DNA of 63,221 nucleotides, counting the filler, from Bigelowiella natans CCMP2755 (lineage: Eukaryota; Protista; Cercozoa), in assembly GCA_000320545.1 (NCBI GenBank). It is 12 parts of 12 records of this genome, joined end to end, with 100 filler letters (N's around TTAATTAATTAA, not from the genome) between each part and the next. Parts side by side here need not be neighbours in the genome. Positions count along the whole stretch, not along the records: positions 52,050 to 57,592 come from ADNK01002040.1; positions 57,693 to 59,619 come from ADNK01003686.1; positions 59,720 to 63,221 come from ADNK01003652.1; 9 more parts are not named here. One strand, written 5' to 3'. Below, piece by piece: positions 53,707 to 63,221 of the stretch. A model generated the notes under the pieces. The model was not told where the DNA came from. It searched no databases and was given only the letters and a program-made list of their open reading frames with translations. A program made the translations under genes and the position numbers. The first letter of the stretch is position 1; every line of letters begins with the position of its first letter.

Positions 53707-55190
53707 GCTTGTCACAAGTGCTAGATGAGTCGTGGCCAAAACTGGTCATAAAGTCAAAATAAAGGTTTTGGTCCTCTCTATTGTGCGAACGATGTGGCCG
53801 ACGCGTGTGCGACTCTATGACTCGCGCCGCAGCGAATAAGTGATTTTGCAAAGCCGTGAGCCCGTTAATATGCTAGTATATGGTGCGTACGAATCGCGAG
53901 TTTAATCGACGAACGAGCGGCACCGCTCGCTTGGAACCTGCGACCCGAACTGCAGGCCGGCCGTTCTAGCGTTGTGACCGGGTTCCCGTTCCGATGATGT
54001 AGCTTTGCATGGATGCGGCTGTTGCTAGAAAGATAGCCTGCAGCTACGATGCACATACATGTGATTGTTGCATGCATGATGCACGTCTACTAGACGCATT
54101 GCGGTTATTCTTATTTCCACTGGCGCGCGGCATATCTAGACACTACTCATACGCCTAGTGATGGATCGCGATGGAATTTCTGATCATCAGCATGCATATG
54201 TAGCATCCATGCTTATCAGACTATATCAAGTCGGACTTAATAATAAATCCATGTTAAATTTCTGCTAATCGATCCATTATTCGTGTGGCGTCGTGATATA
54301 TTGATATATCGACGCGTGGACCAAACCATAAGATATTATAAAATCACTACGTGATATGTAGTCTGTAACTTTAAACGTATAGTGGCCAACGCGCAGATAC
54401 TACGTGAACGTTGAGTTCTTTACTGTGTTTCTGGTCTCACACCTTGATATCCATCTTCAAGGTAGCGAGCCCGTTTATTTTGTTAGAATCTAGCGAGTAC
54501 TGTCCATAAATACAAGTACGATAAAAATTGAGCTGCTGCTGCTGCTGCTGCTGCTGAAATTCAGCAGGACCTGGATAAATGATTGCCGCGCTCTTGAGGA
54601 CTATCGTTGTGAAAGGGTGTACCCCTCCAGAGCAGCGTGGAGTCCGAAGCTGGGAAAAAAGGCACATGTACGAAAAAATGATGATGGATTGTCAATGTTG
54701 CCCCGATCCCAGCAGCCAGATCCGCAAGCAGAGAGCCCTCCAATCTAGTAGTTTATAATTTTTCTTCCATTGAGAAAGGTTAAGAATAGGTAAAAATTCG
54801 TCACACCCTCCTAGAGGGTTGGAATTCAATTTGTTAAAGGCACTTTTGGAGGTGAGAAGGGTGGGAGGATGATGAATATGTGTGTAAACTTATACACAAC
54901 CAACACTTCTTCTCCGATCAAGCTATGGCTATATTTAAAGTTGTTATTTTGTCTTGTGTATCTAAGTTTTAACGATCGACGTTATGTGAAACTATCTCCG
55001 GATGACCGAAGGCTAGGAAGGAAACGCTATAATCAGAGCCTAGATGATGCGTTTCCCGCGAGTTTGCGGGAGGGGATAATGGATTAATTGGGTCGTCGCT
55101 TATATGTTTAGTGTTCTCTCCGTCGAGTTTTTTTCACTGGCTCGCCATTATTCACGATGGAGCAAACGACGACGAAGGGGAATGGCATAT

Positions 55191-55787
55191 CTAATCGGTG
55201 TAAGCTGGCTGGACGAAGTAGTCTATAGCGCGGTTTGGGTTTGCATGATCTGAGACGTTGGGAGATGCGGAAAGTCTTACAATTGTTCGAGAGGAGATTT
55301 TAGGGGAAATGGTGGTTGAGGGGGAGGAGAAGAGGGAGGCGACCAACTTCGATTCCGGCCCACTGCCTCTACTGCCCACCATCATCACCACCTTTTTGCG
55401 CTTGGACTTGGTCGGTGGGGAGGGTGGGCGCGCATCCTCTAGATGCCGAAAATTTCGTTTTCCGTTCGAAAATGTGGTGACATAGAGCATCGATGGGCCA
55501 GACGGCGAGGTGGAGGATCTCTTCCTATCCGAAAGCCGTATCGAACTCTCTTCCATTACTTCGCGGGGTGATGCCTTAGGCGCCTCAGGTGAGTCGGGTG
55601 TTGGAGAGAAGAACGCCCCATCATGGAGATTTACTGAGGCAGACCTCCTGAAGGAGGGAGAGGGTGGGCACGGTTCATCCTCCTGGACGTCTTTAGGGAA
55701 GTGATGGTGTATCCTTGCAGGCTTCATCACTCCGGTGTTGAACAAAGTCTGATGAGGCGGCATGGGGAGAGCTGGTCTGGCTAGCAA
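55191..55787 (-). CDS. Intronless S/P-rich hypothetical protein (~190 aa, first ATG near 55763)
   Basis: 198-codon microsatellite-free ORF with many SP motifs and a basic KSKRKK patch. Promoter-like sequence lies upstream (CCAATCA near 55947). No homology recognised. Confidence 0.4.
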   Translation of the reverse strand: MLARPALPMPPHQTLFNTGVMKPARIHHHFPKDVQEDEPCPPSPSFRRSASVNLHDGAFFSPTPDSPEAPKASPREVMEESSIRLSDRKRSSTSPSGPSMLYVTTFSNGKRNFRHLEDARPPSPPTKSKRKKVVMMVGSRGSGPESKLVASLFSSPSTTISPKISSRTIVRLSASPNVSDHANPNRAIDYFVQPAYTD

Positions 55788-56781
55788 TGGGCGTCAACAG
55801 TGGGGGGGAGAGGGTTTTGGCGCGTCGATCTGATCGGTTGTGGTTGCTCGTTCGGCTACCTCTCGTGCTCGTTGCCAAAAGAGGTAGCTGGGCACGCGGC
55901 AAGGCCCTTGGCTTGTCGCACCGTGGGAAATCAATCCGTTTCCACCCAATCAGATGACGGGCGACCGATCGAACCGGCCGATAAGTCGAAAAAAATAGGC
56001 CCGAAACATCCCATAGCCAGCGGCGTGGCCGAATACGGGCCACGAAAAAAGGTCCCTGACGGCCACGTGCCTTCCTGGCAGCCGAGTATCCGCATGACGC
56101 TGGACCAAAATTCAGGCCATTTTTCTCTACTTCCAGCAGAACCGATTCGAATTTCTTCCCATGATTTCCATTTGGATTTCCTTGGATTTCAGGATTTCGA
56201 TTTCCAGCCTGGGATTTCGCTTGCAAGGGGGTTCCACGTCGCTCAGAAACGGGCGGCTGTTCTGAAGAACCTTGGGTTGTCGCAGGGATAAAAAACAGGG
56301 GAATCACTTCGAAATTCCGTACACGGTCGTTCGAGTTTTTCATCAGGGGGGGAACAGCGGTGAACTCTCTTGGTTTGTTTGCAGTAGATCTAGGGGTCCG
56401 GTTCTTTCATTGTTCGTGCTCTTTTCGGTCGTAGACTGTGCGTGCAGGAAATAGCAGGATGATCATCTTCGTGCGACACGATGTAACGGCTTACCTGAAG
56501 AGCCTCGCGCTGTTCAAAATGAGGCAAGCGACACCGAAACTTCTTCCTCCTGCTACGCTCATTCTGCCCGCTCCACTTGCCGTCGGCTCATGCGGTGTGT
56601 TCATCACCGGAATGGGAAGAATTTGAAATCAGCGGAGCAAGAGCAGCGCAGTTTCTGAGTGACAAATTGCTCGAGTAGCACTTCGATGCAAGCGCATGCT
56701 TTCCATTCGGAGCTGCTGTCTCGGCTGTAGCTATCTGGCCACGTCATCGTCACTTTGGTTGACGCAATGGAGCTCCGCTTG

Positions 56782-57067
56782 TTGCGCGTAAGGTGTTCAC
56801 AGGCCGAGGCGCTACGTGCACAAGTAGGCAGGGGGGGGGAAAGGCACGTTTGCTTCCTTTTGAAGAGTTGTGTTTATTTTTATTAAAGATTATATTTTTA
56901 TTAAATCGTGCACTGCGTAATCATTGCGCGTAAGGTGTTCACAGGCCGAGGCGCTACGTGCACAAGTAGGCAGGGGGGGGGAAAGGCACGTTTGCTTCCT
57001 TTTGAAGAGTTGTGTTTATTTTTATTAAAGATTATATTTTTATTAAATCGTGCACTGCGTAATCATT
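56782..57067. repeat. Direct tandem duplication, 2 x 142 bp
   Basis: The unit TTGCGCGTAAGGTGTTCACAGG...GCACTGCGTAATCA starts at 56782 and 56924 and is identical by eye, including the G9 run. Confidence 0.92.
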
Positions 57068-57692
57068 CGCGAAGCTTTCGCGAATGCCGCCGCACGTGGG
57101 GCAGCACACTTCCGGTGTGCTGCCATGAGTCCCGCCGGAACCCACGTGCCTATGCTGTATTAATATCTACGTTATCTATATTCTATATCCGCGACAACCC
57201 CTTTGTTGTCGCACGTGACTTGTGCCCGCGTAGTGGTACGCGCTACACCTCCCCCAAGTCACGTTGCTCCTTCCTTCCTTCCTTATTCCCTTAGACCTTC
57301 ATCGCTTTCGGAACTTCACCAACCACCAGGTAATAGATTCCTCTCTAACCTTATCTCCTTTGTCGCTTACCCAGAACTCACCTTCGTCCTTAGGTTCGTG
57401 TCCATACCAGCCCTCTGCATCAAGGTCCCCCAGGACCTTATACCAGTGCTCAAAGGGTAAGCCGGGACCAGCACCCGGGATTAAGAAAGCAGATGCTGCA
57501 CCAGAGGCACTGGAGAACTTCTACTAGGCGGACGACGAGGACGTGGCCGCCGAAAGCAAGAGCGTCGTAATGTCATTACGAGGCCTTGCGACNNNNNNNN
57601 NNNNNNNNNNNNNNNNNNNNNNNNNNNNNNNNNNNNTTAATTAATTAANNNNNNNNNNNNNNNNNNNNNNNNNNNNNNNNNNNNNNNNNNNN

Positions 57693-59376
57693 GTCGCGGA
57701 GATGCGGTGGTAGTGAAGAGTTGGACCCCCAGCAAGTCACCAAAAAGCCGGGAGGAGTTGGCTTCCTCTTCCTGAAAGATAGGCAGGAGAGTCGCGAAGA
57801 GACAGGCCTTGACCTCCGCATCCCCAATGCCCTGCAGTTCATCTACATCAGAGTAGTAGAGCGCCGTCTTCAGCGCTTCGTTTGCGTTGTAGGATAGCAG
57901 TGAGACGCGCACATCTTCCAAGGCTGACATTACAAGCCTGGTACTGGGCTTAACTTCCTCTAGGTCCTCTTTATTCATCCCTTCATAGAGACAGTGAACA
58001 AGCTGGGAACGACATACATTTCTAAAAAAGAAACAACCAAAAATCCCCCCCCCCCCCCCCCCCTTTTGCTCCCTCTCCCTGCCGGCTGCACAAAATGCTA
58101 CGACAATGTCGAGCTTTTGCTTCACAGAAAAACCGCTCTTAGCGAAAACCATGTTTTTGGCTTTCGAGAGCGAGAGCGACTCGTTTGAGAAGATGCCTGG
58201 TATATAATCCAACGGCTGCTTGTTTTGATGACTCTATCTAATCCATAATTGACATTGATGCTTTCGCCGTTATGAGAAGATTGGGAAAGTAGTTTCTATA
58301 TTTGCATCATCAGGAGGCGATTGGAGAGCATCAGGAAGCATGTATAGATTACTGGTTTTCTTGTCAAGTCCTCCAAACACGTATATCTTATCTGGGAAGA
58401 AGAAGAAGAAGAAGAAGAAGAAGAAGAAGAAGAAGAGTAAGACAATTATAACCCCGCTGCGCGAGTTAAAGCAAATTCCTTAATTCATCAACAACGGACT
58501 ACTATTCCTCCTCCTTGCTATCATCATCGTACATGACGACAAACACACTTACGCCTCCCCTTTCCCCCTGCTCTCCGTTGTGGTGATTCTTCAGCATCTG
58601 CCTCAATTGTATAATATGCTGCAGCTGCTGCTGATAGTGATAATGATGACTACAAATGACCTTTGACCAAAGATGCAGCAACTTGGCCACGATCACAATA
58701 TTTCAATGGAGGGAGTGCTTTCCAGCCCTTCTCTGGCACCATGAGGTCTAAACACCTGGTAGGTACATTGGTAGGTAGGTAGAGAGGTGACAGGGTATTT
58801 ATATTGGAGGGGGGGGGAGGCAGCAACATAGTAGTAGTAGTAGTAGCAACGTAGTGTGAGTGAGGAAATGCGTGATGAGCACGCAAAAAGAGTGTCAGAG
58901 AGAAAAAGGTGGAGAAAGAAAAAGAAGAAAAATAGGAGGGGGAGAGAGAATGAGTACGTTTGAAGTTATACGTGTAATGTGTGTGTGTAAGCAGCAACAC
59001 ACATACACAGTATTGTTTTCCCTCTCTGAGTTGATATTAATTGAACAATACTACTTACTCGCAGCCATTTTTGAATGGTGAGGTATTCTTGACACGCTTT
59101 CCGCCGATTAAAACCAGTTGATTCGTGTGGATCTGATGGGTGAGAGAGAATGGTGGTTAGCAGCAGCAACAACAACGACGACGATATCAAGAGATATGTC
59201 GTATGTATTTTTGACAAACAACTCCCAATGGGGAAACGGTTGCTAAAGAACGGATAAGAGTATTGATACGAATAATACGATAATACTCACCGCCGCATAG
59301 TCCACGCGAGATATTGTTGTTTGGTTGGGAATCCCAAGGAGCTTTCTCCAACCAAGTTCTGGCCTTATCGTGTCTA
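57693..59376 (-). CDS. Kelch-repeat protein fragment
   Basis: Exons encode TWLEKAPW..SRGLCG, NQLVLIGG, CLDLMVPEKGWKALPPLKYCDRGQVAA and KIYVFGG (Kelch GG/W pattern), followed by a helical exon running into the gap. Confidence 0.62.
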
Positions 59377-59446
59377 AGACTGGTGATGGTTGTGGTGGTG
59401 GTCAACAACAGTAATATATGAGTGAGGTCATGGAGAATATTAGATC

Positions 59447-59506
<60 letters not shown>

Positions 59507-59515
59507 AGTGTGCAC

Positions 59516-59548
<33 letters not shown>

Positions 59549-59719
59549 AATATATATATAGATATATATCTATATATATATATGACGAGAGCGAGAGAGA
59601 GAGAGAGAGAGAGAGAGAGNNNNNNNNNNNNNNNNNNNNNNNNNNNNNNNNNNNNNNNNNNNNTTAATTAATTAANNNNNNNNNNNNNNNNNNNNNNNNN
59701 NNNNNNNNNNNNNNNNNNN

Positions 59720-60060
59720 TGACATTTCTCGACTGGTGCCGTTCAACAACAACAGCACCTCTTCTGCTGTCACGGAATAGCTCCAACATCTTCGCACAGG
59801 CGAGCACCGGACTCGACCGCCTCTCGCTTCAGGCGTCGGCAGGAAGCGGGGGGGGGGGCGGCGCGGCTGAGGAAAACATTTTCTTAACCGGATTCCCTGT
59901 ACCTTCCGGAGGCGGCGACATTGCGACTGGTGGTGGTGGTGGTGGTTGTGCTGCTGCTGCTGCTGCTACTACTGCTGCTGGCGCAATACCCGATTCGTTA
60001 GTACAAGAGGGACAAAATATGGGTGGCACGGGTAGTAGTATTAACGTTCAATTTGAGTGA
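59720..60060 (+). CDS. Probable terminal exon of an unidentified gene
   Basis: Open frame from the contig edge (TFLDWCRS...NMGGTGSSINVQFE*) followed by the palindrome-rich 3' flank typical of this window. Confidence 0.35.
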
Positions 60061-60720
60061 CATATGTTCGCCTATCGATCGTCACCGCGTGATCGATGAA
60101 CTCGTGGTTACTGCCTTTACTATCACATCATAACGAGTTGATATGACTACCATTTAGCAGCTTGCACGACGTACGCAGCAGCAGCAGCGCGAAGTTCCCA
60201 CATGCACAGTTCTAGATGCACTGACTGAACCGACGGTCGCCTTATTGTGCTAATTGGTATGACTTGTTATTGTCACATTCAAGATATACAACGAACTACC
60301 GCCACAACCGGCTAGCTAATCATTTTACTTTTTGTGCGCATCGTATGCGCTGAACATGCACCCTCGCTCGCGTCATATCGGCGCATGCGACATACATGCT
60401 GCGCAGAGCGCAGTAGTCGTCGATCATGGCTGATGCATAGCATATGCATTGCAAAAGCTATACGATACACCAGGCGAAGCACTAGCTAGTCGAATTAAAT
60501 AAAACATGAAATTCCTCAATGATGATGTGCGACCGTACATGGCTGACTGACGATGCACGATAGGAATACTATTTACACCACGTTCCTACATATAACACGA
60601 CGCACTGCTGCAGCAGCGTAGCAGCACGAGTGCAACGTGCGTGCGTGCGTGTGTATGCGTGTGTATGCGTGTATGTGTGTGCGGATGCAAGATAAACACG
60701 ATAACATCTCCAGATATATA

Positions 60721-62346
60721 CTAAGCAGAAATAGTCACGTTGCTCTTGGAGATGATGTTGCGCAGGTACAGATCCCGAGCCTGCCTTGCGTCCGCCTCAC
60801 GCTGCTTTCTCTCCGCCATGAGCTTCGGGTCATCTTTCGCGGCACGTTCGAGCATCGCCTCGCTTAGCACCGCCTCCTGGTTATTCCACTGCTGCTTCTG
60901 CTGCTGCCGCCCTAGCTGCTCCGCGCCCGATCTATCAGCGTTATCGTCGTCCTCCTCTTCCTCTTCATCCTCCTCATCGTGGTTGGTGTTCTTGATAACA
61001 GTGTCCTTCCTCAGCCCGCGGCCTGCTCCGTCTCCGCCTCTCCCCTCTCTCGTTGTCCTTTCGGACGCTTTTTGGCTCATGCCTCGCTGCTGCCTTTCCT
61101 CCGGATTGGCCCCGCCTCTCCTCCTGCTCCGGCTTCTCCTCCGTCTCCTCCCGCCTCCCTCAGCGTTGGCGTTGTTTCGATAGCGCGAAGGGGAGGAGGA
61201 CGAGTAGTAGGAGGACCCTGTGTCTGAGTAGGATGACACGTCGTAGCGCTGGTGGCGGCGCCTTCGCAGCTGCTGACGACGCCGATGATGGAGATGCCGC
61301 TTTTCAGATGATACATCTTCGCGGTGTCGTTGAGGATCCCTCCTCCGCCTGACCGAAGACTCACCACCACCCATTCTACTTCTCGCCAGGGGGGGGGGAT
61401 CATTCTTCCGCGGTTGCTCGAAGACACTCTCTCCTTGGCCCGGGAGCTGCTTCCTCATACCGAACCCCTCCTTATCCTTCTGCCCCGCCCCCCTCCCCTC
61501 CTGCATCTGGTCCTTGAAGGCGAAGAAGTCGAGAAGGGCCTTGCCCCCGATGTCCGTGAGGTTTTTCCCGGAGCCAGCTGGCGATTCCCTCCCCTCCATA
61601 TCACCGCCAGTCTCCTGCAGCGCCGCTGTCGCTTCTCCTCTGCTCCTTTCCTCGCCAAGAATGGCACCCCCATCCCCCCTCATCATCATCATCCCGTCCT
61701 CCGAGGGGCCTCCAGGAGGAGGGAAGGGAAACACGTCCCCCCCCCCCTCATCGAAGGGCAGCATCTGCATATCGACGTCGTCGTCAACTGGAGGGGGGCC
61801 AGGCTGCGACGGCGAGAGCGCTCCTGCCGCTCCTGGGAGGGAGGGGGATGGGTGTCCGAAGCCAAACCGACCCTGTGCACGTTGTCATTGTGCATCATTA
61901 GAGACAAGCGAAGACGAAAATGATAAATGCTTGCGCGCGCGTCCTCCTCTCGTGCTAATAACGAGAAAGAGGGGGGGGGGGCAAGGGCGGGATATGTACC
62001 TTCCTTTCATTTTTTTTTAATAGATAAGTGTTGTGTTAGCTGGTATTTACCGCAAAAGCAGAAGGTACAGGGGCGTCATTCCTCCTCGCCGAGCTTGCTC
62101 GGGAAGGAGGAGGGATGAAGAAGGAGTTCTCCCCCCCTCCGGCTGCCGCCGCATGGAGCATCCTATATCCGAACGGAGAGTGTGCAGCGATGGACACACA
62201 CACACAAACGCAAACACAAACACAAACGCGCGTAAAATACAGTAGGACAAGGAACGTCGTATCCGGTATGAACTAAATCTTACAGATCGCATCGTCGCAG
62301 GCGGCGGCAGCCTCCATCAGCGCTTCTCCGATCTCTCGATTCCCTC

Positions 62347-62382
<36 letters not shown>

Positions 62383-62909
62383 ACACACACACACTCACTC
62401 ACTCACACCACGCATACACATCGCACATATATATTCATCCTCTGCGCTCACCCGCCGAGCTCATCGATATTCTCCCTCGCTTCTCCTCGGGTTCCCTGGC
62501 CTCTTCCTACTGCCCGTCCTCCTCCTCCCCCTCCTCCTCCGGGGGGCGCGAAGAAATCTATAGAAGGCTCTAATCTTGGAACCCTGGTTAAGGGTCGTCT
62601 TCTTTGCGAAGAATAGGACCGCAGCAAAGCCTCTAGCTGCGCCTTTTCAACCTGCTTTTCCTTCAGCATTTCTCGGGCATCATACGTGGCGTTCCGCGCC
62701 TCCGCCATCGTAGCGAGCGCGCGCACGTGCGAGAGCACTGATCGGGCGAACGGCGACGCGTAGCCGCCGCGCGTGTTGTAGCCTTGTCGTGTACGTGTGT
62801 GCACACAGTGATTGGCGATATAAGGAGGTGGGGGGGGGGAGGAGCGCGGAGAAATCAATGTTGGCGAGACGGCATCATCATTAAATCTTGAGAAGAAAGG
62901 ACAGGGAAG

Positions 62910-62958
<49 letters not shown>

Positions 62959-63121
62959 GGGGGAGGGAGGAAGAGAAATCTGCTCGTTGCACATATGTAA
63001 TGAGGGAGGAATTGTATTATTTTGAGGGCGCATCGTGGATTATTTCACTTACCCCCCTCTAGCACCGCAACGAGCCGTCCCGACGCGTGAGAGTTGGCCA
63101 GGAGGCATAGCTGCCGAGTAA
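60721..63121 (-). CDS. 3' part of a large low-complexity hypothetical protein
   Basis: Long GC-rich final exon (>349 aa, RS-rich and acidic tracts). Upstream AG/GT-bounded exons include GYNTRGGYASPFARSVLSHVRALA..KAQLEALLRSY. Confidence 0.5.
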
Positions 63122-63184
63122 CCTAAACATTAAAAGGAAAATGTCCATCAATATCACGCACACACACACACACACACACATAAA

Positions 63185-63221
<37 letters not shown>

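Overview
Intron-rich, microsatellite-rich eukaryotic nuclear DNA made of 12 contigs joined by an artificial 100-nt N/TTAATTAATTAA/N spacer. Most genes are cut at these joins, so adjacency across gaps is unreliable. Manual splicing recovers SUMO, AK6/Fap7, mitochondrial intermediate peptidase, an LRR protein, a histidine phosphatase, EFL, CCDC61/VFL3, an intronless ubiquitin-like+coiled-coil protein, NOT4, an ABCA transporter, part of XRN1, a kinesin-2 stalk/tail, a Kelch protein and several unknown or membrane proteins. The EFL carries a ~96-aa signal-peptide+transit-like leader, the arrangement known for periplastid (nucleomorph-compartment) EFL, which points to a chlorarachniophyte alga (inference). 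Unexplained structure includes 3' flanks dense in palindromic CTAG/CATG/TGCA words, a ~42-bp hairpin element shared by two such flanks, two apparent +1 frameshifts at YTT-CGA-G, frequent AAG acceptors, complementary intronic microsatellites, and an ACGT-box cluster with a 142-bp tandem duplication. No rRNA, tRNA, CRISPR or clear transposase was seen. All exon structures were read by eye.
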